Virus record (IMG/VR): IMGVR_UViG_3300006846_000010
Location: 1 to 64,000 of that record
Origin: a virus
Taxonomy: Duplodnaviria; Caudoviricetes
Direction: 5' to 3' (one strand)
Length of the DNA stretch: 64,000 nt
In this document: positions 32,983 through 41,474 of the stretch, one piece after another
How positions within the stretch are numbered: the first letter of the stretch is position 1
How the letters are laid out: every line of letters starts with the position of its first letter
Notes under the pieces: model-generated
Told to the model about the DNA's origin: nothing
Seen by the model: only the letters and a program-made list of their open reading frames with translations
Databases searched by the model: none
Program-made: the position numbers and the translations under genes

Positions 32983-35519
32983 ATGTCGTAGCTGTTCGAG
33001 ATGACGGTGCGCTGTTGGTCACGACCGGTGGTCAAGTCGCCGCGATTGTCTCTGACGAGGGTGCGTGGCTCACCACCCGCGGTGCGGCGTTGGCGCGAGG
33101 TACCTGGACTGAGCCCGGACCGGGTGATACCGTCCCAAGCGCTCAGTATGACGCGATTCAAGTTCGTCTAACTGCGGCACTTTCCTCCGAAGATGGTGAT
33201 GAAACATCACTTGTGGCGACATTTGACGCGTCGCAGCCGCGCGACCCGCTGGGCATGTGGACCGCGGACGGCGGTTCGGACGATACCACCGAGGACGACT
33301 TCAGTAAGATGTCCGAGGACGCGCAGATCGACCTGCTCATCGCGACGATGAACGCGGCGGATGCCGGCGAGCCAGGTGCCCAGAGGGCGCTCGACCGGCT
33401 GCACAAGTGGATCGAGAGCGACGGCAAGGGCGGCGGTGGTGGGGGCGGCTCCGGGGGAGGCGGTAAGAGCCTCAGGGAGAAGGCCGCCGAGAAGGTGAAG
33501 CAGGCGACCGAGAAGGCGGAGAAGGATCGTGAGCGCGAGACGCAGGACGGTCTGCGTCCCGAGGTCGCGAATAAGAAGCACCCCGACGGGTACGTCGCCG
33601 GCGAGTCGAGTACCGGTAAGAGCCGGATCCGGTATGACGCCGAGAAGGAGGACTACGTCGTCGAGCAGCGCTCCGACGTTAAGTCCACCGAGTGGCATGA
33701 GTCGCGGCGTCTCAGTGCGAAGGAGCTCTTCGACGAGCTGTCGGAGCACCCGGAGCGCTGGGAGAGGCCCAGCGACGTGACGCGGTCGCCGGCGAGGTTC
33801 GAGGATCCCCACGAGAGGGCTCCCGCGAAGAAGGCCGCACCCGCCGAGCAAGACGCCGACGAGGATGAGGTCAACCGGAGGCGTCGTATGATCGAGGATG
33901 TACCTACGGTCTCGGCAAGTGAGCCGCACTCCGGTGCGATGGTGGCGCTGGTGCCGTCCGACGAGGACGGGGTCTGGCTGGCGGTCGACGGTGGCGAGGA
34001 CCCAGACGACCTACACGTCACCCTCTGCTTCCTCGGCGAGGCGGCCCTGGTCCCGGCCGAGGTGCGCGAGCGACTGGTGGAGTGCGTCGCACGGTGCGTC
34101 GAGTCGTCCCCGACGGTCATCGGACGTGTGTTCTCGGTGGCGCTGTTCAACCCCACGCCTTCAGGCGCGCCGGGCGACTCGGACGAGACGGCGGCGCTCG
34201 GCGGGCACGAGCCGTGCGTCGTTCTGCTTACTGGAGGGTCGCAGCTCGAGCGGATGCACTTGCTGGTCGCAGAAGACGTGCGCTCGACCCTGGCGTCGGC
34301 CGGCGTCGAGTACCCGAGTCAGCACACCCCGTGGGTACCGCATATCACATTGCTGTACGGGGACGCCGACCCGCGCGAGTACGCCAATCGTACCGGATTC
34401 GTGACGTTCGACAGGGTGCGTGTGGCGTTTGGTGACGACGTCTACGACATCCCGCTGGGCGACAGCGATGCTTATGACATTTCGCTAGGCGATAGCGACG
34501 GTGTTTACGACGCGGTTTCATCCGGCTTTGATCCGAGTCAGCAGCGAGACATCGAAGGTAAGTGGACGGACGAGTCGGGTGGCGGCAGCCTTGGTGATCT
34601 CTGGGAGAACTTCGGAGACCACGTTGGTCAAGTCATTGCCGAGACACTGAAGAATGAATTTGGCGTCAAGCAGCGTGCTGTAGTGCGTGAGAAGAACGGC
34701 AAGCCGTACGTCGAGGTGCAGTCGCAGACGAATGACGGTCCGTGGAAGAAGTGGACTGACATTCGCAAGCAGTCTGACTTCAACGAGCAGATCGCCGAGA
34801 ACGAGTGGGCCGGGTGGAAAAGTGTCTCGCCGCACGAGCCCGACGAGTCTGGTGAGCAAACGTCGATCGGTAAGCAGTACACGCCCATTAACCCGCCGGG
34901 TAGTGACAACTACGGAACACCGCGCGACGAGTGGGTAAACGTCTCGGCGGACGACACGCCCGCTGACTGGTCTACCGGATCGAACGTCATAACGGCCGAC
35001 GAGGCACGGGAAATGCACGACACCGTGATGAGTCAAAAGTCGTGGGACGAAGACACGGCTACGACGATCTACGACTACACGCAGTCGGCGCAACCGATAA
35101 ATGAGGCGCTGCGAAATCGAAGCTCTGTGACCTTCGAGGGAGTAGAGGTCCGAGAGACAACGAGGTATCTGGACAAGGCGATGTATCCCGCGCCGCGTGA
35201 TCTCACGGTGTTTCGGCAGGTGAATCCAAGTGCGTTTGGCGCAACTAACGTTGCCGAGCTGGTGGACGTAGACGGTAAGATGTTCAAGGATCTGGCATAT
35301 CTGTCCACGTCGGTAACGCAGGACAGTCACCTGGACTTCATTTCAGACGTGCACATGAGACTTGATGTTCCAAAAGGTACGAAGGTCGCGTACGTCGCAG
35401 ATGTTAGCCAGTTTCCCGAGCAGAACGAGTTACTTCTTCGCCGCGGAGCGAAGATTAGGATTAACCGCGTCGAGGTGAAGAACGGACGCGCGTTCATCTA
35501 CGCGGAGGTGGTAAAGTGA
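32979..35519 (+). CDS. polyvalent protein: 2H phosphoesterase plus C-terminal R-S-E ADP-ribosyltransferase
   Basis: LHVTL(34014) and PHITL(34341); YT..AQPINEALR, VFR, YLSTS, QNE. Confidence 0.85.
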   Translation: MNVVAVRDDGALLVTTGGQVAAIVSDEGAWLTTRGAALARGTWTEPGPGDTVPSAQYDAIQVRLTAALSSEDGDETSLVATFDASQPRDPLGMWTADGGSDDTTEDDFSKMSEDAQIDLLIATMNAADAGEPGAQRALDRLHKWIESDGKGGGGGGGSGGGGKSLREKAAEKVKQATEKAEKDRERETQDGLRPEVANKKHPDGYVAGESSTGKSRIRYDAEKEDYVVEQRSDVKSTEWHESRRLSAKELFDELSEHPERWERPSDVTRSPARFEDPHERAPAKKAAPAEQDADEDEVNRRRRMIEDVPTVSASEPHSGAMVALVPSDEDGVWLAVDGGEDPDDLHVTLCFLGEAALVPAEVRERLVECVARCVESSPTVIGRVFSVALFNPTPSGAPGDSDETAALGGHEPCVVLLTGGSQLERMHLLVAEDVRSTLASAGVEYPSQHTPWVPHITLLYGDADPREYANRTGFVTFDRVRVAFGDDVYDIPLGDSDAYDISLGDSDGVYDAVSSGFDPSQQRDIEGKWTDESGGGSLGDLWENFGDHVGQVIAETLKNEFGVKQRAVVREKNGKPYVEVQSQTNDGPWKKWTDIRKQSDFNEQIAENEWAGWKSVSPHEPDESGEQTSIGKQYTPINPPGSDNYGTPRDEWVNVSADDTPADWSTGSNVITADEAREMHDTVMSQKSWDEDTATTIYDYTQSAQPINEALRNRSSVTFEGVEVRETTRYLDKAMYPAPRDLTVFRQVNPSAFGATNVAELVDVDGKMFKDLAYLSTSVTQDSHLDFISDVHMRLDVPKGTKVAYVADVSQFPEQNELLLRRGAKIRINRVEVKNGRAFIYAEVVK

Positions 35520-37666
35520 CTAGGCGATCGCCGATGAGTCCAAACGACGCGCGATTTGTCTCGGCTGTAAGTGAGAGCGATGTCAACGCTCCGGGACCCG
35601 GTCACAACCTGCGAAACTACTGGGTGCGCGGCGAGGGTGCGGTGAAGATCAGGTGGGGCACCGACGGCTCGTTCGCGCGGTGCGTCTCGTTGCTCGGAGA
35701 GCACGTGAAGAATCCACAGGGTCTGTGTGCCGAGTATCACAAGGCGGCGACCGGCGAGTGGCCCGCCGAGAAGGGCGTCGAGAGTAGCGGCGAGACGACC
35801 GCCGCACTAGGCTATGCTGGATCAGAGACGGAGGTGGCTGATGTGACTATCGCAGCGACCAAGGAACCCTACGGTGACGTCGAGTACGCCGACACCGGGT
35901 TGCAACCCGACGGCGTTAAGCGGTACCCGCTGAATACCGAAGCGCACGTTCGTGCGGCGTGGTCGTACATCAATCAGCCAGACAACGCGGCTAAGTATAC
36001 AGCGGTACAACTGCGCCGGATTAAGGCGCGCATCCGTCGCGCGATGCTCGACATCGGCGCCCAGGTCGCCGACTCGGACGGCGACTCAGAGGTGTTTCGC
36101 AATAACGCTGACGCCGAAGCGGACGGTGACTGTCCGCCCAAGCACCACAAGATGCCAGACGGCACGTGTATGTCTGATGACGAGATGACGTACGCACTCA
36201 CGGCCGCTGCGGCGGAGGTGGCAGAGAAGCCAGAGGTCGACACACAGGTCGACGAAAATGTTGAGGGTGACGTCACCGGGCCAGACGCTCCGACCGGTTC
36301 CGCGCCGTGGCACGGTGTTCTCACCGTGGAGGGCATCGAGTCGGGTGACGGCCGCATGTTCGCCGCGGGCTCACTGACGTGGGACACCCCGCCGCTGCCG
36401 TTGATGTGGCAGAAGGTCACCAGCCACGGCGGACAGAGCGACGTCTCGGTCAGCGTCGGCAGCATCGACCGGATCTGGCGCGAGCCCGATCCCGCCGGTC
36501 GCGTTGACGTAAACATCATCAAGGGCGCCGGTACGATCGACCTCGGCAATCCCGACGGCCTCGAGGTTCGCCGCCGGATGAGTAATGACTACATGCGTGG
36601 CAACTCGGTGGACGTCGACTCGGTGAAGGGCGCGGATGTCGAGCTGACGTTCCCGGAGCCGACGGTGGAGATGAGCGCCGACGGTGAGACGACCGTGAGC
36701 CCGGTGGTCGCCGCCGAGCCCGTACTCACCACGTTCCACCGCGGCCGAATCCGGGCGACGACGCTGGTCGAGATACCGGCGTTCACCGAGGCGCGGCTGC
36801 AGCTCGGGGTGGCGCCCGATGTCGACGGCCGGGGGCAGACGACCCGGATCGAGCTCGGTGATTCGAACGCCGATGAAGACAGCGGTGATGACGTTGTCGA
36901 CGGTGAACTGTCCGATGACGAGACGCTCGTCGCGGCCGTCGCGGTGTTCGAGATTACCGACGCGCCGCCGCGCTCGTGGTTCGAACGTCCTACCGATGTT
37001 GAGATTAACGGCGCGCTGACCGTCCTGCCCAGCGGGAGGATCTACGGCCGCCTCGCACCGGCTCGCGTTCGTCACCGGGCGTACACCCACGTGGACCGCT
37101 ACGTGCCGATGCGGAACGTCGACTACGACCGGTTCCACGGCGGCGAGACGATCGTCGCCGACGGCGGTCGGGTGTCGACCGGGGTCATCACCATGAACTG
37201 CGGTCACGCATCCACCCTGGTGCGACTCAGCGGCGAGCAGGCCATGCAACACTACGATAACACGTGCTCGGTGGTGGCCTCGGCGCGCGTGGGTGAGGAC
37301 CGCGACGGCGTCTGGATCGCCGGCGCGCTCTTGCCGGACGTGACACCGGATCAGGTACGACGAATCATGTCGTGCCGGCTGTCGGGCGACTGGCGGGCGC
37401 ACCTGGACCGGTCCGGCTGGACCGAGCTGGTGGCGGCACTGCTGGTACCGGTGCCCGGTTTCCCGGAGGCCCGGTCGGCGCCCAGCGTCTCGCTGACGGA
37501 TGGCGTCTTGACCGCGGCGTCCGTACCGGTTCAGGTCGAGCTGCCCGAGGCTGTTCCGCTGGGTGACCGTGTGACGGCCGCCGCGTCCCGGGTTCGGCGG
37601 GCGCGCGTTCGCAGGTCGCGTAGTCGCATCACAGAGTATCGGTCGCGCACCGTTGTGATACAGTAG
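35516..37666 (+). CDS. capsid maturation protease/scaffold with N-terminal accessory domains (including DUF6582-like)
   Basis: WHGVLTVEGIESGDGR, TLVEIPAF, RVGEDRDGVWIAG, LSGDWR, VPVPGFP; EPYGDVEYAD..KRYPLNTEAHVRAAWSYIN; position before capsid. Confidence 0.75.
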   Translation: MTRRSPMSPNDARFVSAVSESDVNAPGPGHNLRNYWVRGEGAVKIRWGTDGSFARCVSLLGEHVKNPQGLCAEYHKAATGEWPAEKGVESSGETTAALGYAGSETEVADVTIAATKEPYGDVEYADTGLQPDGVKRYPLNTEAHVRAAWSYINQPDNAAKYTAVQLRRIKARIRRAMLDIGAQVADSDGDSEVFRNNADAEADGDCPPKHHKMPDGTCMSDDEMTYALTAAAAEVAEKPEVDTQVDENVEGDVTGPDAPTGSAPWHGVLTVEGIESGDGRMFAAGSLTWDTPPLPLMWQKVTSHGGQSDVSVSVGSIDRIWREPDPAGRVDVNIIKGAGTIDLGNPDGLEVRRRMSNDYMRGNSVDVDSVKGADVELTFPEPTVEMSADGETTVSPVVAAEPVLTTFHRGRIRATTLVEIPAFTEARLQLGVAPDVDGRGQTTRIELGDSNADEDSGDDVVDGELSDDETLVAAVAVFEITDAPPRSWFERPTDVEINGALTVLPSGRIYGRLAPARVRHRAYTHVDRYVPMRNVDYDRFHGGETIVADGGRVSTGVITMNCGHASTLVRLSGEQAMQHYDNTCSVVASARVGEDRDGVWIAGALLPDVTPDQVRRIMSCRLSGDWRAHLDRSGWTELVAALLVPVPGFPEARSAPSVSLTDGVLTAASVPVQVELPEAVPLGDRVTAAASRVRRARVRRSRSRITEYRSRTVVIQ

Positions 37667-37695
37667 ATCTCGCCACCGAGAGGCGGGAGAGACAC

Positions 37696-37851
37696 GTGGG
37701 ATGCGGATGCGGACAGCGTAGGATGGAACAGGTCACGTCCACACAACTGGCGCGGGCGGAGGCGGACAGGGCCGCCGAGGCCGCCGCCGAGGCGGCGCGT
37801 GAACGTGCGGCGGCGGAGCGTACGCAACACGTGGGAGCGTCCGCCGGCTAG
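37696..37851 (+). CDS. small MGCGCG-type head-region protein
   Basis: Hand-translated MGCGCGQRRMEQVTS...; GGGAG RBS. Confidence 0.6.
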   Translation: MGCGCGQRRMEQVTSTQLARAEADRAAEAAAEAARERAAAERTQHVGASAG

Positions 37852-37872
37852 AGACACAACACCGCACAACCG

Positions 37873-37914
37873 CACCCCGGAGCGACCCGGCGCTCCGGGG
37901 TGTGATGCTATGAT
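37873..37914 (+). promoter_or_regulatory. hairpin plus -10 box upstream of the capsid operon
   Basis: CACCCCGGAGCG/CGCTCCGGGGTG arms, then TATGAT 37909-37914. Confidence 0.6.
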
Positions 37915-38066
37915 ATGCTGCTTCGCCGTGCTACCTTGCACCGTGATGCGCACCGTGCTACTGTTAGCCTCGGGCCGCAAGCTAATGTTCGAGGTTGCCG
38001 AACACCTCGCTCGAAACGCGAGGTTCGAGGCGGCCACCAGTCCACACGTAGAGTGAGGTATCCCAC

Positions 38067-39809
38067 GTGGACGCGAATGAGGCTGTGGTCTTTCCCCAGG
38101 ATCTCTCCGCGCTGTCCCTGGACGAGCTGACCGCGCTTCAGACGCGTGCGCTCGCCGAGTTCGACACACTCGCCGGAAACGAGGCGATCGACGAGGCCGG
38201 GGTGACACGGCTCGAGACGCTGGCCGGTGGCATCGAGGCCGTCGAGGCCGCGGTCGTTTCCGCGCGCTCGCAGACCCGCGCCGCGAGCGGCCGTTCCACC
38301 GCCATGGCGCGTATCGACAAGGTACGGTCCGCCGCCCAGAGTCGCGCCGACGAGCCGGCCGCGGAAGACTCCGGCGCCGGTGAGAGTGACGGTGACGGGG
38401 ACGGCGGAGGCGACGAGGGTGAGGGAACGGTCGCGGCTAAGGTCGAGACGGCTACCACGAAGCCGACACCGGCACCGGCGCCAACACGTACCGCGCCTCG
38501 AGCCGCGTCGCTGGCCGCCGCGCAGGCGAACGCACCGGCCATCCCGAATCCGGAGACCGCGGTCGGCGGCAGCCTGACGATCGTCGCGGCCGCACCGGCG
38601 TCCGGCATCCAGGTGGGTTCGAACATCACCGACATCGACACGCTGGTCCGGGTCGTTCAGGCGCAGGCGCGCAGCGCCGCGATCACGAACGGCCAGCCCG
38701 GGTTCCAGCTCGTGGCGAGCGTTCAGAACGACTTCGAGTTCGTGCTCGACGGCGAGGGCACCAAGCCCGCCGAGCTCGAGGACCTGCTCCGGCACATCCG
38801 GACGCCCGATCGGATCGACTCGCTGGTCGCCGCGGGCGGCTGGTGCGCCCCGTCCGAGACGCGGTACGACTTCTTCAACATCGCGTGTGATGACGGGATG
38901 ATCGACCTACCGACCATCGGCATCCGGCGCGGCGGTCTCCGCTGGCCGGTGTCGCCGTCCCTGGCCGACGTCTTCACCGGTACGTTCACCAACGCGACCA
39001 ACCCGTGGGTGTGGACCGAGGCGGACGACATCCTCGCCGCCACCGGCTCGCCGACCAAGCCGTGCGTCCGGGTGCCGTGCGCCGGCTTCGACGAAGCCCG
39101 GCTGGAGTGCTACGGCATCTGTCTCACCGCCGGCAACCTGACGGACAACGCGTGGCCCGAGGCGACGCGGAACTTCCTTAAGCTGCTGATGTCGGCGCAC
39201 TATCACGCCATGAACCAGCGGTACATCCAGCAGATGGTGACGCTTTCCACGAGCTCGTCCACCATCCCGTCGGGCTCCTGCCGGGCGATCTCCACCGACC
39301 TACCGGACATCGTGGGCCTGGCTGCCCAGGACTACCGGACGCGGTTCGGCATGTGCGACGATGACGTGCTCGAGATCGTGCTTCCCCGCTGGGCGCGCGA
39401 CGCCATCCGGAGCGACCTCAGTCGTCGTACCGGAGTCGATCCCACGAACTTCTCGAACGCGGACATCGACCGCCTGTTCACCGCCCGCCGGGTGCGCATT
39501 CAGTGGGTCGCCGACTGGCAGATCCGGACCGCGGGTCAGCCGGGTGGCGCCACGCCGCTGCTCGCGTGGCCCGACACCGTGACGTTCATGATCTACGCCG
39601 CGGGTACGTTCTTCCGCGGCAACGGCATGTCGCTGGACCTGGGTGTCGTGCGGGATTCGGTGCTCAACGCAACCAACGACCACACGGCGGCCTGGTCCGA
39701 GGAGTGTCACCTGATCGGTCGGCAGGGTCACCAGTCGCGCCTCTACACCTTGCCCGTCTGTGTCGGTGGTCTCACCGGCGGTACCTGCTCCGAGTGCCAC
39801 GTCGCGTAG
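38067..39809 (+). CDS. major capsid protein with N-terminal scaffold-like extension
   Basis: Coiled-coil/low-complexity N-terminus, then LVAAGGWCAPSETRYD, DLPTIGIRRGG, LDLGVVRDSVLN typical of actinophage capsids. Confidence 0.9.
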   Translation: MDANEAVVFPQDLSALSLDELTALQTRALAEFDTLAGNEAIDEAGVTRLETLAGGIEAVEAAVVSARSQTRAASGRSTAMARIDKVRSAAQSRADEPAAEDSGAGESDGDGDGGGDEGEGTVAAKVETATTKPTPAPAPTRTAPRAASLAAAQANAPAIPNPETAVGGSLTIVAAAPASGIQVGSNITDIDTLVRVVQAQARSAAITNGQPGFQLVASVQNDFEFVLDGEGTKPAELEDLLRHIRTPDRIDSLVAAGGWCAPSETRYDFFNIACDDGMIDLPTIGIRRGGLRWPVSPSLADVFTGTFTNATNPWVWTEADDILAATGSPTKPCVRVPCAGFDEARLECYGICLTAGNLTDNAWPEATRNFLKLLMSAHYHAMNQRYIQQMVTLSTSSSTIPSGSCRAISTDLPDIVGLAAQDYRTRFGMCDDDVLEIVLPRWARDAIRSDLSRRTGVDPTNFSNADIDRLFTARRVRIQWVADWQIRTAGQPGGATPLLAWPDTVTFMIYAAGTFFRGNGMSLDLGVVRDSVLNATNDHTAAWSEECHLIGRQGHQSRLYTLPVCVGGLTGGTCSECHVA

Positions 39810-39862
39810 TGTCGGGGTTCGTACGAACCACGACGCATGAGCCACGAGGGAGGTGAGCGCGG

Positions 39863-40786
39863 GTGGTCGCATTTCGCGAGTATGTGTCGGCACCCGCGTT
39901 CACCTCGCGCCCGTTCGGCCTACTCTCGACCCTACGGACGGAGACGCGCAACCCGACTAATCGTCACTGGCAGGCCGGGGTTACATACGAGCCGCTGTGC
40001 GCGGTGGCGTCAACCACGTATGACGCGTGCTTCGCGGTCACGGGATCGGGGTCGGCGCCCGCCCCGCCGGCCCCGGCGAAGTCCGAAACGTCCCAGCTAA
40101 CGAAGCGCGGCGCCACATCATTCACCGTCTACAGCACGGTGGACTGCTCCGCGCCGGGCTTCTGGGAGCGCCTCGAGGAGCTTCGCGATCGCGCGCTCAC
40201 CGAGGCCGAGCACTACCAGGTGGAGCGGGCGTTCTGGACCGGTACCGCGGCGGGCCAGCCCGTGGTGTATCCGCACCTGGCGGCCAACGCCGCGGTGACT
40301 GATGACGCCGGTGTGACGCTGCAGACGGCCGCGACCGTCGTCGTATCCGGCGCCGTGGCGTTGGACATCGTGGAGGCGCTCGGCCGCCTGGAGGCGACGC
40401 TGGGTGACTGCTACGACGGCGTAGGCGTCATTCACGTTCCGCTGGTGCTCGCACCCGCTCTGGCGAACGCGAACCTGCTGATACGTGACGGCTTCCGCTA
40501 CCGGACGCCGACCGGGAACGTCATCGTGCTGGGCGCCGGGTACACCGGGTCGTCGCCGGCGGGGGTGTCGTCCGGCGCGTCCGCGTGGATGTACGCGACC
40601 GGTGCGATGTTCGTGTATAAGGGTGATCTCGAGGTGGTGTCGGGACGCGAGTCGATCAACCGCGCAACGAACAACCTGCGTACCCTGGCCGAGAGGACGT
40701 TCGTCATCGGCTGGGAGTGTTGTCACATTGCGGTCAACGTCTCGACCGGCGGCGTCGTCGCCGGCGCGGCGGGCACGTCTAGCTAG
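39863..40786 (+). CDS. minor capsid/decoration protein
   Basis: Directly after capsid; GLLS, HWQAGV, VERAFW, TPTG...GAGY, AERT. Confidence 0.65.
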   Translation: MVAFREYVSAPAFTSRPFGLLSTLRTETRNPTNRHWQAGVTYEPLCAVASTTYDACFAVTGSGSAPAPPAPAKSETSQLTKRGATSFTVYSTVDCSAPGFWERLEELRDRALTEAEHYQVERAFWTGTAAGQPVVYPHLAANAAVTDDAGVTLQTAATVVVSGAVALDIVEALGRLEATLGDCYDGVGVIHVPLVLAPALANANLLIRDGFRYRTPTGNVIVLGAGYTGSSPAGVSSGASAWMYATGAMFVYKGDLEVVSGRESINRATNNLRTLAERTFVIGWECCHIAVNVSTGGVVAGAAGTSS

Positions 40787-40795
40787 GAGGAAGCC

Positions 40796-41458
40796 GTGGT
40801 AGCGAGGTGCGTGTCGCCGATCCAGGCACGGGTCGCGCGCCTGATCAAGCTGGACGTGTGCGGTAACCCGGTGACCGGCGCGTCGAGCGCCGTCGTAGTC
40901 ACCGACGGCTTCATCTCCATTGAGCCGTCGCCGCAGTACCAGGACGGCGAGGAGCACACCCAGCGGAAGGCCAACGGGGCGCTGTGCGTCTATCAGAAGG
41001 ACGCGTCTGAGCTGACCCGGGTGGACCTGACGACCAACTTCTGCGTGCTCGACCCGGACGCGATCGTTGTGATCACCGGCGAGAGGCTGCTGACGACCAA
41101 CACGGTCACCGGCACGGGCGTCGCGTACGGCGAGGGTCTGCTGACGTCCCGCCACTCGCTCGAGGTGTGGCAGCCCGTCACCGGGCTCGGGGCGTGTGAT
41201 GCGAGCGGACAGCAGCAGTTCGTGTACTGGGCGTTTATGAACGCGGGCAACGCGAAGATCCAGGACTTCACCTTCGAGAACGCGCCGTTCCAGTTCACCA
41301 CGCTGGTCGAGACCCGGTCGGTCGGACCGCTGTGGCTGTCTCGGTCCGGCGCGGCGACGTGGCTGGGTATCAACACCGTCGAGTCCGGCGAACACTTCCT
41401 GCACAACATCACGACCGCCGCGCCGCCGACGGCGACGTGCGGCGCCGTGCTCCTGTAG
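40796..41458 (+). CDS. major tail protein
   Basis: RLIKLDVCG, GFISI...YQDGEE...KANG.LC, FC..DP, SLEVW; AGGAGG RBS. Confidence 0.75.
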   Translation: MVARCVSPIQARVARLIKLDVCGNPVTGASSAVVVTDGFISIEPSPQYQDGEEHTQRKANGALCVYQKDASELTRVDLTTNFCVLDPDAIVVITGERLLTTNTVTGTGVAYGEGLLTSRHSLEVWQPVTGLGACDASGQQQFVYWAFMNAGNAKIQDFTFENAPFQFTTLVETRSVGPLWLSRSGAATWLGINTVESGEHFLHNITTAAPPTATCGAVLL

Positions 41459-41474
41459 CGGGAGGTGACGTCGC

